This document shows positions 1 to 11,416 of a DNA stretch of 64,000 bases, in pieces. A program made the position numbers and the translations under genes. This DNA is from Octopus sinensis. Lineage: Eukaryota. Location of the stretch: positions 200,880,001 through 200,944,000 of the forward strand of contig NC_042997.1 of NCBI RefSeq assembly GCF_006345805.1, read 5' to 3'. The notes under the pieces were generated by a model. It was given only the letters and a program-made list of their open reading frames with translations, ran no database searches and was not told where the DNA came from. How positions within the stretch are numbered: the first letter of the stretch is position 1; every line of letters begins with the position of its first letter.

Positions 1-310
1 GTCGATTATATCGACCCCAGTGCGTAACTGGTACTTATTTAATCAACCCTGAAAGGATGAAAGGCAAAGTTGACCTCGACGGAATTTGAACTCAGAATGT
101 AAAGACCTATTTCTTTACTACCCACAAGGAGCTACACACAGAGACGACGAACAAGGACAGACAAACGGATTAAGTCGATTATATCGACCCCAGTGCGTAA
201 CTGGTACTTATTTAATCAACCCCAAAAGGATGAAAGGAAAAGTTGGCCTTGGTGGCAGACAAAATGCTGCTAAGCATTTTGCCTGGCATGCTAACGTTTC
301 TGCCTGCTCG
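1..310 (-). mobile_element. SINE family B (tRNA-headed, about 230 bp), two tandem units
   Basis: Reverse complement of the repeat seen forward at 28262 (ctggcagaatc...ttctgagttcaaattcc...gactttgcctttcatcctttcggggtcgataaattaagtacc). Other copies lie near 5235, 15905, 21770, 22005, 41825, 43005, 54950 and 59735. Confidence 0.85.
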
Positions 311-1110
311 TCATCTTCAACCTGGGGCTATAATAGGAGACACAACCCATGGTGTTGTGCAGTGGGATTGAACCTAAAACTTCATGGTTACAAAGCGATC
401 TTCTTAACCACACCAGCAATCTATACATTTATTTACATAAATTTCTGTTTTCATATCTAAAATGACCAGAATTTAATAACCATAGAAGAAATTTCCTTTC
501 CATCAACTTAAATTATTGCAAAGTTATTCCAAGACACTTTTTATTTCTGTTTACCACCACCACCAACGACGACCACCACCACCTTTGCTATGGTCAGTGT
601 GAAGAATAGTAACAAGGTAAGGAAGTTTATTAACCTGTGGGAATTTACTGTCCCTCAGGCTATGTAAATATTGTCTTCCATTTCCTTTGTTGGAAGCAAA
701 AATATTGAATATAGTCTCATAGGTGCGAGAGTAAGTGTGTAATGAAATTTATTGAAAACTAAAATGTGTTCAGTTGTTCATAGCTTGGGGGATATAAAAA
801 AAAAAAAAGAATTCATAGAGGTCAAATAAGCATTTTCTATGTAAATTATATTTTGGGGGTAAGTTAAATATGACATTAAATCGGAAAAATTATTTTGGAA
901 ACTGTTGCGAAGAATTGCAAAAAAAATAATAAAAATAAAAACAAAATAAAATAAAAACTAATTAAAAAGAAAAGTTATGAATTCATGAATCCATTAAGGT
1001 TATTGAAATGCATATAAATATAATCACAACCAGATACATACGCACACGCATACATACAAATATACATATGTACACACGACAAAAACACACATTTGTATAC
1101 ATATATATTT

Positions 1111-1194
<84 letters not shown>

Positions 1195-1395
1195 TCATCG
1201 TCATCGTTGTTTAACATCCGCCTTCCACACTGGCATGGGAGGAAGGATGTCCGTGAGCATGTGTGTATGCATGTATGCATGTGTGTGTACATATCTATGA
1301 ATATACAAATAGATGTCTATGTAAATATGTTTGTGTATGTATGTGTATATAAAAATACACACACACACACACATGCACATATATAATCTGTATAC

Positions 1396-1439
<44 letters not shown>

Positions 1440-1880
1440 ACTTAAATTTGATAACTTTGATAGGTTTCAGGCAGTATAGGCCCAGGCCATGTCTAACTTA
1501 ATAGCACCACCTGGTGAAGTCTTTTAGTCATATATGGGACACCATGGCCCACTCTAGCAAAGACTTATTATTAATGGAGACATATCCGGGTGTAGGAGGT
1601 TGGTCTGGGATTTTCTGAAGAAATTTGTCCAGTGAACTTTTGAATTTTATTGGATCCGTTTCTGTTTTGACATATTTTGGTATGGTATTAAAGAGAGCAG
1701 GACCGGTTGAGGTAAAGTAGTTGTGGTGTAATGTTGCTATGTGTACTGAGTTTGATTTTTGTAGTGGGCAGATAGCACGGGGGCTAAGTCTTGGATGGAT
1801 TTTAAAATTAATGCCAACATCATTTCTGCAATATTGATGGAATATTTTCCACATCACACAAATGATGTAGCACTCCCGGT
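1440..1880 (-). pseudogene. CR1/Jockey-like LINE, 3' fragment of ORF2 plus tail
   Basis: ORF 1528-1857 reads ...LFNTIPKYVK...FKSSLDKFLQKIPDQPPTPGY, a typical non-LTR ORF2 C-terminus. A second copy of the same sequence lies at 17200-17640. Confidence 0.8.
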
Positions 1881-1989
1881 GTTATTAAACACACCAGGAT
1901 ACATGCATACACAATATTTACATACATATATATTTGTATATACATACATATGTACACACACCCATACTTACCTACACATACACACACAT

Positions 1990-2315
1990 ACATCGGCAAC
2001 GGCAGCTGCTACAGCTTGCATTTGAGCACTGGGTTCGTCAGTTTCCATCCAGTCTCCTATGACTTTGGAGTCGAAGCTGGTGGTGAAGGAGTCATGGGCA
2101 GAATTCACACAGGATGGTCAGTGTGAGTCGAGGATGTTGAAGACACACTTTTCTTCTCCTGTGTTTTACCTCCTCATTCTGTTGTATGTTCTGCCCAAAG
2201 GGGCTGGCTCCATTGCGGATAGCAGTCCTCCATGCTTTCATATCCATGGCATTCTGTTCCCATGAGGATGGCTGGATGTTAGTTTGAGCGAGGGTCCATT
2301 TGAGCCAGGGTTCAT
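1990..2315 (-). pseudogene. RTE (BovB-like) LINE, C-terminal fragment
   Basis: LKWTLAQTNIQPSSWEQNAMDMKAWRTAIRNG...KHRRRK...CEFC matches the RTE-BovB C-terminal pattern (WE..A.DR..WR, KR.RRK, CxxC). Confidence 0.7.
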
Positions 2316-2329
2316 ATATATACGCAAAT

Positions 2330-2830
2330 ACATAGATACATACAAGCCTACATACATACATTTATAAATACATACATACATACATTTATACATCCATCCC
2401 TCCAACCATACATACATACATTTATACATTTATACATACATCCATCCATTCATACATACATGCATACATACATACATTTATACATTTATACATACATACA
2501 TACATCCATACATACATACATCCATACATACATCTATACATAGATACATGCATCCATCAATCCATTCATACATACGTACATGCATACATACATTCATTTA
2601 TACATTTATACATACATATATATGTACATACATACATACATCCATACATACATACATTTATACATTTATACATACATTTATACATACATACATACATCCA
2701 TACATACATACATTTATACATTTATGCATGCATACATACATCCGTCCATACATACATCCATACATCCATACATACATTTATACATCCATACATAAATACA
2801 TTTATACACACATACATAACATATGTATGC
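2330..2830. repeat. (CATA/TACA)n compound microsatellite
   Basis: Directly visible. Confidence 0.95.
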
Positions 2831-3344
2831 ATTGAATGTTTTATTTTAACATTGAAGATGATTATTGTTAAAGCTTATAAAAAAAAAGAAAACAGAAATT
2901 AATTTTTAAAACTTTTTTCCCATTTTTGCATTTTTTTTTCTCTCTGACCTGAACTATAAATTGATATACTAATAAGCTGGTATTGTTCGACGCTTCATTT
3001 GTATATATTTGAATATAGATATGTCTTAGATATATAAGTTAACTTTCAGGAAATGTAGCATCAACATAGACATACAGAGGAAATGAAGAGAAAAAGAAAA
3101 GAAAGATTGCCCGGTGAGAATTGGATTTGCATCAGCTATATTTCTTGTTAAATTGCTTTACACTATATTAAATTAAAAGTTTACATTACAAGTTAAAATC
3201 AAAATATCTTGAGAATATATATATGCGTTCGTGGTGTGTGAGTTTATAAATAATTTATATACTATCTACTGTAATAACAAAATTTTGAAATTATCTGATA
3301 AACACACACATGTATATATATATATGTGTGTGTGTATCTAACTA

Positions 3345-3437
<93 letters not shown>

Positions 3438-3465
3438 TTATATATATATATATATCACATCAACC

Positions 3466-3500
<35 letters not shown>

Positions 3501-3507
3501 GTATACA

Positions 3508-3542
<35 letters not shown>

Positions 3543-4039
3543 GTATATATATATATATATATGCAAGCAACAAATATATGTGTTTCCAAGTGCATGTATA
3601 CACATGATAATTTTTATAAGCAATCACATTATAGCTGCTTTGACTGAAGGCTATAGGTGATCGTTCATATAAATAAATGTATATTAACTCTACATTAACT
3701 TTCATGTCAAATGTATTGGGTACAACCTTAGAAACTGCCACCATTATTCCCTTTAATCATGTTGAGGGCAGGATTGGGTTTATCTGCCACACTCTACAAA
3801 GAGTAAATTCATAAGGAGCTGTTAGTCTTTTTGAGGGCACGAGACCCCACCTAGTACTGGTGACATGATAAGAAGCACTCAGTACATTCTGTAAAGGGGT
3901 TGGTTCTAGGAAGGGCATCCAGCTATAGTAACAATGAGAAAAATTAAGTATGAGTGGTATGAGATCCCTTAATCCATTTATGTGAGAAGTACAACATGGA
4001 AAATGGATCTTAAGCAATGACGATGAGGACAACGATGAT

Positions 4040-4290
4040 GATGATCATCATCATCATCCTCATCGTTTAACGTCCACTTTCCATGCTGTCATGGGTTGGA
4101 TGGTTTGACTGAGGACTGGTGAACCAGATGGCTGCACCAGGTTCCAATCTGATCTGGCAAAGTTTCTACAGCTGGATGCCCTTCCTAACACCAACCACTC
4201 TGAGAGTGTAGTGGGTGCTTTTACATGACACCAACATGAGGGCCAATCAGGCAGTTCTGGCAACGACCACACTCAAAAGGTGTTTTTTAC
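4040..4290 (-). mobile_element. 3' UTR and (GAT)n tail of an RTE family (5'-truncated copy)
   Basis: catcatc-gtttaacgtcc...gtttctacagctggatgcccttcctaac. The same repeat is contiguous with RTE coding sequence at 25625-26130 and 57600-59050. Further copies lie near 5335, 27190, 30290-31250, 34020, 39830, 49130, 49520, 52300 and 60060. Confidence 0.75.
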
Positions 4291-5766
4291 ATGTTACCTA
4301 ATGATTGTGTATATTTCTCTCTGTGTTTGTGAGCATGCATGTGTGTGTATGTGTGTGTATGTGTGCATGTGTGTTCGTGTGTGTGTGTGCATGCGTGCAT
4401 GTGTATGTGAACATCTTAAATACTCTTTTGCTTGTTTCCATCATTGGATTGTAGCTAAGCTAGAACACCACCATGGAAATGGTTGTTATTTTTACTCAAA
4501 GTTACGAATAACAACCGCTGGTCAAATTTAGTAGTTGTTTTTTGTGAAATTCTTTGGGACATATATACTGTTTAACAAAATACTAACATTACAGATGAAA
4601 GGTTTTCTTTACACTTCATCGATTGTGCTTTGTTTTTATCATTTTTGGAAATATTTTCTGCTTCAGATGAAGATGTTTTGTTTCTCAAATTGTTGAGAAA
4701 TGTTTTTTTTATGGTCCATTAGTTCCCTACCTGGTATATTGTTTTTATAGTTAAGTAGTTGTTGGTGGATAGCTTTAAGGTAATCACCCCTTACCAAGGA
4801 AAGTAACACAAAATAATAGAAACCTAGTTGTCATAGACAACATCTCTATACCATCCCTGAAAACAAGAAACCTACCAATCAAAGCAAAATACATAGAAAA
4901 ACAAATATTTGGACACCAATGAATATAATATACATATTTATTTATAGTTATTGCAGTTCTTGCCTGATGATCCCCTTAGCATGAAACTTAAGTTGCAAGA
5001 AGTTAAGTTTCATGCTACAGCTAAATTAACATTATTTTTTGCAAGCATTTTGATCTAAAACTGTGTTTACAGTGTTGATACATTTGTAAAGTATGATACT
5101 TAGAGAGCTATTTTAATCTAAACCTACTTCAATTGTGTACACTGAAATTTTATTCAGATCTGCTGCTATTCACAATACCAGAGCATCCATTATTCCCTAT
5201 TTTCTATTTCAGAGACACCAGATTTCGTTGATCTTTACATCTGAGTTCAAATTCTGTCAAGGTCGACTTTACCTTTCATCCTTTCGGGGTCGATAAATTA
5301 AGTACCAATTGTGTACTGGGGTCAGTCTAATCGATTGGCATGGGTTGGACGGTTCATCTGGGGTCTGGGAAGCCAGGAGGCTGCACCGGGCCCCAATCTG
5401 ATCTGGTAGTGTTTCTACAGCTGGATGCCCTTCCTAAAGCCAACCACTCCAAGAGTGTAGTGGATACTTTTTATGTGCCACTGGCACAGGGGTCAGAGGA
5501 TCTGGCATCGACCACAATCGGATAGTGCTTTTTATGTGCCACCAGCACAGAAACAAGTCAAAGCAACACTGGAATTGGTCACGTTCAGATGGTGCTTTTT
5601 ATGTGCTACCAGCACAAGGGTCACAACTACAATTTCCAATATAAATATTTTTTGTTGTATTCTATTTTCCTTGTTTATTTATTCCTTGCTCTCTTTTCAA
5701 CATATTAAAAAGGTTTATGTTGTAAGGATTTTGCCAAGTTGACTCTGGCATTCAGTCCATGTAAAT

Positions 5767-6147
5767 GTGGAGTCACAATGGCCCAGTGGTTAGAGCAGTG
5801 GGCCCACAGTCATAGGATCACAGTTTCAATTCCCAGACCAGGTGTTGTGAGTGCTTATTGAGTGAAAACATCTAAAAGCTCCATGAGGCTCTAGCAGGGG
5901 GTGGTGGCATACCCTGCTGTACTCTTTAACCAAACTTTCTCTCACTCTTTCATCCTGTTTCTGTTGTACCTGTATTTCAAATGGCCAACCTTGTCACACT
6001 CTGTGTCACACTGTATCTCCTCAAGAATTACATTAAGGGTACATATGTCTGTGGAGTGCTCAGCCACTTGCACGTTAATTTCAAGATCAGGCTGTTCCAT
6101 TGATTGGATCAACTGGAACCCTTGTCCTCATAACTGATGGAGTGCCA
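5767..6147 (+). mobile_element. SINE family C (tRNA-like head, about 380 bp)
   Basis: A-box/B-box-like head (tggcccagtggttag...gtttcaattcc) and body gtggagtgctcagccacttgcacgttaattt. Repeated at 7965-8160(-), 23830-24150(+), 36200-36465(-) and 36470-36765(-). Confidence 0.8.
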
Positions 6148-7569
6148 TGACTGAAATGAGAACATGTGCTTCAAGAGCACACGGCTTGGATTTTAACCCA
6201 ATCTACATCTACATATTACGATAAAATCTATGTATATTATTCTCTTATTCTTTTACATGTTTCAGCCATTTGACTGTGGCCATGCTGGAGCACCACCTTT
6301 AGTCAAATGAATCAATTCCAGGGACTTATTTTTTGTAACCCTAGTACTTATTCTATCGGATCAACTGTAACTCTTGTCGTTGTAACTGACGGAGCACCAC
6401 ATTTAAATAGGAGAAATAATAGTTAAATTGTCACTATATTATTTCCCCCTCGTTCTATAATCAAGTGTATTTATTATGGCAAAATTTCATCTCTTTGTTG
6501 TGTGAAAAAAAAAACATAACTAAACCAAAATTTTTCTTTTTTTTTTGGTTCATATTGGCAGGAACTTGTAATTAAATCAAAGCCATCTACTAAAACCTTA
6601 TGTTTTACAGAAATGCAGCTATCCACTTCAGACTCAATAATCTATATTTTGGACAGCATTAAGGATAAGACCCTATTACTTATGTTAAAAGATTTCGAAG
6701 ACATTTGCCCCCTTGGAATATTCTATAAAGAATTGATGTAAAAGAAATTCCCTAGCTCTTCAGGTCAAAGGACTTATCAAATATTCTAGATTCTTTTGAA
6801 GGAAATAGTGCCGCTTTTTATTAACAAAACCAAATGTCTTTTATATTTTATTTTTTGGCTATTTAATCCAGCTGTTTCCAGCATTCTTTGTAAAGCTTCC
6901 TTTGATAAAGCACATTGATGGAATTGGAAATTGTCCAGTAATATCTTTTATTTATATTTGTTTGCTCAACTGTAACTATATTCCTCACTTCACATCAACC
7001 TAATGTGTGCAGAGCTTTCACCTAATAGTTTGATATGCAATCAGTCAATCGTTCGTTGACTCCTTTGGTATTTTCATCCCCGTTCAAGTAATCATACCTG
7101 TATCGATATTTTTACATTTAACGACTACTTCTGACCTCCTGGGTGAACCTCAGATCTTCTGAGAAAGAATAAAGACCCAGAGAATATGATGCTGGGTATC
7201 CTATTTATAAGTTCAAATCTTCCAACAGCCATATGTGTCAGGTTCCAGAACCAGCCACACGACTCTGCTTTTTTCATTTACTTGTATGTAAACATTATAT
7301 TCCAGTCCAACTTACATTGATAAAATAAGGAAAACTAAAACTCTGTAACAAAGGTAAATGCTTTAACAAATAAAATCTGTTAATATTTTAAGCATGGAAA
7401 ACTACATATGAACCTGATAGAAATGGTGTGATAATATGTTAATAATATTGATTTTCATACAATAATCAATACTTGCAATGGGTATGTGATGACAGTTAAA
7501 TGACACTGCGTAGAAAAGACATCATGGTCCTTATCATAATTGCTGTCATTGCCATTGTCGTGATCGTTG

Positions 7570-7680
7570 TCTTCTTCTTCTTCTTCTTCATCTTCTTCTT
7601 CTTCTTCTTCTTCTTCTTCTTCTTCTCTTCTTCTTCTTCTTCTTCTTCTTCTTCTTCTTCTTCTTCTTCTTCTTCTTCTT
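7570..7680. repeat. (CTT)n microsatellite
   Basis: Directly visible. Confidence 0.95.
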
Positions 7681-8514
7681 CCAATCAGGACTCACACCAT
7701 TAACCACAAAGAATAATCTCTAATTCGAGCCTACTCTAAGCTACAAAGAGTGCATGTGGCAACTTGAAGATCCACCCACCACACATGATAGACTGGCGGT
7801 TGCACGGGTACAAAAGCTACGTTGTTATCCTCATTCCGTAACAGTGGCTTTTTAACAGGTGGAGAGCTGAACCATCCTGGGGTACAGAGGATTCGCAACC
7901 TAGACTAGGGTCTGAAGGCTTACCACACCTTAGTGGGTTACACTATGGTTCCTCTGCTTTGTGGCAGAAGTAGGAAGAAAGAGTGAAAGAAAGTTGTAGT
8001 GAAAGAGTACAACGGGGTTCACCACCACCACCCCTGCTGGAGCCTCATAGAGCTTAGGTGTTTTTGCTCAATAAACACTCACAATGCCCGATCTGGGAAT
8101 CGAAGCTGTGTTCTTATGACCGCAAGTCCGCTGCCCTAACCACTGGGCCATTGTGCCTCCACTGATCGTTGTTGTTGCTGTCATCATCGTCATCGCCATC
8201 ATCATTATCATCTTCATCATCATCAGTGTACATCGATTTTTCCATGCTTGCATGGGTCAGAATTTTGTTCCTTGAGGCAGAATTTTTATGGCTGGGTAAC
8301 CTCGTCACTAACAGTTAACTGTTTCCATGCAAGGCAATATTTCATCATGGCCAGAAAAGTTTCCATAGACATCTGAGGACTGTGGGGTATCAACAACATT
8401 CATTTACAAAAATAATGCGATGTCAAGAGAAGACACACTCACACATACACATACATACATACATACAAACATACATACATACATACGTATATACAAACAT
8501 ACATACATAGATAA

Positions 8515-8900
8515 GGCACAGGAGTGGCTGTGTGGTAAGTAGCTTGCTTAACAACCACATAGTTCCGGGTTCAGTCCCACTGTGTGGCACCTTGGGCAAG
8601 TGTCTTCTAGTATAGCCTCAGGCTGGCCAAATCCTTGTGAGTGGATTTGGTAGACAGAAATTGAAAGAAGCCCATCATATATATGTATATATGTATGTGT
8701 GTGTATCTGTGTTTTCCCCCTCCAACATCGCTTGACAACCGATGCTGGTGTGTTTACGTCCCCATAACTTAGTGTTTCAGCAAAAAGACTGATAGAATAA
8801 GTACTGGGCTTACAAAGAATAAGTCCTGGAGTCAATTTGCTCAACTAAAGGTAGTGCTCCAGCATGGCCACAGTCAAATGACTGAAACAAGTAAAAGAGT
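8515..8900 (+). mobile_element. SINE family A (tRNA head plus CORE-like segment, about 410 bp; probably an octopus OR-type SINE)
   Basis: ggagtggctgtgtggtaagtagcttgc...gggttcagtcccactg...caccttgggcaagtgtcttc...internal (TA/TG)n...gctccagcatggcc..agtcaaatgactgaaacaagtaaaag. More than 20 full or partial copies in the window. The family name is from recall. Confidence 0.88.
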
Positions 8901-8950
8901 AAAAGACATACATATATGCATACATATATATGCATGTATTTTTATATATA

Positions 8951-8997
<47 letters not shown>

Positions 8998-9555
8998 ATA
9001 TATTTCAAAAATTTAACTAAAAAACACAACAAATGGAAAATTTCACAAACACATAATAAATAGAAAATTCATAGCTAATTCCCTTTCAGTCAATGTACAA
9101 AAGATCATTACAATTTTGCACTTTTAACATTGATATTGTTCACTGTTTGTGGGGCCAGTGGTGAAAAGCCACTGGAAATAGCTAATCAATGTACAGGACA
9201 ATCATGAAAACAAACACAACAAAATAAAACATACATATACAACAAAAAAGCCGTGGGGCTGCAAGAGAGTTAGGTATGGGGTAACGCAAATGCAAATGAA
9301 AATATCCTGTAGGTCTAGAGACAGAGAAAAAGTCGGAACAAAGAAAGCATTTAAGTATTAGGGATATATATATATATATATGTATATGTAAAAAAAACAC
9401 AAACTGGGACAAGAACGCAAAACATTTAGAAGACGATACAAAAAACACGGACGGGACATTTGAAGCCTTCAATCTTCAGTCAAGAACTGGATCATCCTCG
9501 TAATTTCGGCTGATTAATCTTGAGATTGCTCCGACCCGGCCAGCCCCAAAGGAAA

Positions 9556-9593
<38 letters not shown>

Positions 9594-9596
<3 letters not shown>

Positions 9597-10495
9597 AATA
9601 ATGATAGTAAATAGTAATAATGTGTTTTGAATGTCACAGCAATGGACTATAATTACTGGTGTAGTTTAATCATCCATAGTCTGATATAATATTCAGTAGC
9701 TTACACAATACAGGGATGGAGAATATAGAAATAATTCCATATTTATATATTTCTATACAAACTTAACATATATTTATAGTTAATTATTAAATAGTAATTT
9801 TTGGTATTAATAAGTTAAATTAAAGGAATATGTTAAAAATTTATATATTTTTTATATGCTAATAATTTTAGAGCATATTTCTTGTATTATAAAATAAATA
9901 GTGAAATATACCAGTATAGTTATATATAGGTTGAGTATGAAATTTATAGAAATATAAATAAAATGATATAGTGAGTAAATAAGTAAGAAAATTGGTTTAA
10001 AATTAAAGGAAAGGAATTTAAATGAATATAATGAAAAATAAATATAAATTCCTGTAGAATGTTATAAACAAGGGGTAGAACAGATTTGTGTTCTAAAAAC
10101 TTATTATAAAATATACCTAGCTTATTTATATTAATAGGTAATGTTAGTTGTGAGAAGAAATTTTTTTATAATTCTATAATTTTTAGACTAAAATTTATAT
10201 TTACTTATCATGAAAATTACCATAAATGACAAGTGTTTAATGCTGGGTAAAAGTGATGATCAAGTTATTGGGCAAAAATTATATCATTAACAAAACTTTT
10301 ATAAAATTATGAGTTTTATTATAGATTTAAGAAAATGCTATTATTCCTTATATGATAATTTATAATCATTAATTGGTACTTACAAAATGTTACTTATTTA
10401 TTTATAATTTATTTTTATAAAGCTTCCTAATACGTACAGAGATCATGAGAGTAGAGTTGTTTTAGAGAAATAGAAACCAAGTAACTTAGATATTA
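9594..10495 (+). rRNA. Highly diverged, reduced SSU-rRNA-like sequence (organellar/bacterial type); probably foreign or a pseudogene
   Basis: Eight collinear landmarks: cagcaatgg 9637, agtctgat 9678, cagtagcttacacaatac 9694, aaatagtgaaatataccagtatagt 9896, ggtttaaaattaaaggaa 9994, gatgatcaagttatt 10255, aaatgctattattc 10333, gtacttacaaaatgttac 10376. The strand is A/G-skewed and has no ORF. The 3' end is uncertain. Confidence 0.55.
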
Positions 10496-10499
10496 TTAT

Positions 10500-11148
10500 C
10501 TATTTTTAATCAGGTTTTAAATATTAATTAAGGAGATTTAGATCTTTTTAAGAAGAGATTCTCAGTAAATAAGGCATTAATTGACTCACATGCCAAAATC
10601 CTTAAAATACAATGGAAGGGAGGTAACCAAAATGTAATTTAAAAAAATGAAAATAGAATTAAATATTTATATGGAAATCCTATATTTTATATTAAGAGTA
10701 AAATATGGTTATATGGGATATAATAATTTAGGCTTATATAAAGGTAATATTTATAATATCAAAAAGGATTAGGTGGAGTAGAATTCTCGTAGAAATAGAT
10801 GTGAAAATTACCAAATCTTTGAAACTTATTGTGAAGTAATTATACAACTTTACTTAAGTTCATTAGATACATAGAATTTATGTAATGATTTTAGAAATTT
10901 AAAAAAATTTATTCAACTTTATTCAATTTGCCTATGTTATTAAATTTCTTAATACCTATTGCTGATTAGATAATAAAATATAGCAGGGTATGCTATTCCC
11001 TTATTGATTTAAAAAAACAAATTTTATGCAGCTGAAGATTGCTCTACATTTTGAAATTGATGTAATATTTGCATCGTTCAATTAAATGGAGTCGCATGAA
11101 ACGATCATACTGCATTACCTCTGGATATCCTTGTTGCTTATTTTGATC
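10500..11148 (+). rRNA. 5' part of a highly diverged, reduced LSU-rRNA-like sequence, truncated at (TA)n
   Basis: Collinear weak matches: gagattctcagta 10555, tgaaaatagaattaaa 10648, tatatggg 10710, tagatgtgaaaattaccaaatc 10796, cgcatgaa 11093. Confidence 0.4.
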
Positions 11149-11271
<123 letters not shown>

Positions 11272-11285
11272 ATATACATACATAC

Positions 11286-11324
<39 letters not shown>

Positions 11325-11416
11325 CATACATATACATATAAATTGAGCTAGGGAAGCAGATAAACACAGACTTCACACATACACACAAACACACAAACAC
11401 TCACAAACACACACAT

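Noticed and set aside
6562-6741. Resemblance of the candidate exons (MQLST..IYILD; LKKLME...GH) to DEDD 3'-5' exonuclease motifs
   Set aside because: Similarity is a few residues judged by eye, and the catalytic acidic motifs were not found. No gene name can be supported.
8515-8600. tRNA genes at SINE heads (also 5767, 27570, 28262, 63705)
   Set aside because: Box A/B-like motifs run straight into SINE bodies and no complete cloverleaf forms.
9455-9530. Possible hammerhead (ctgaaga on minus) in the repeat left of the AT island
   Set aside because: No GAAA follows the candidate stem II, and no stem I or III could be drawn.
9594-11148. Ordinary recent octopus NUMT, or protein-coding mtDNA
   Set aside because: It lacks intact GGATTAGATACCC and CGCCCGTC motifs and a tRNA-Val. 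TAA/TAG codons are abundant and the ORF track is empty. An ancient NUMT is not excluded.
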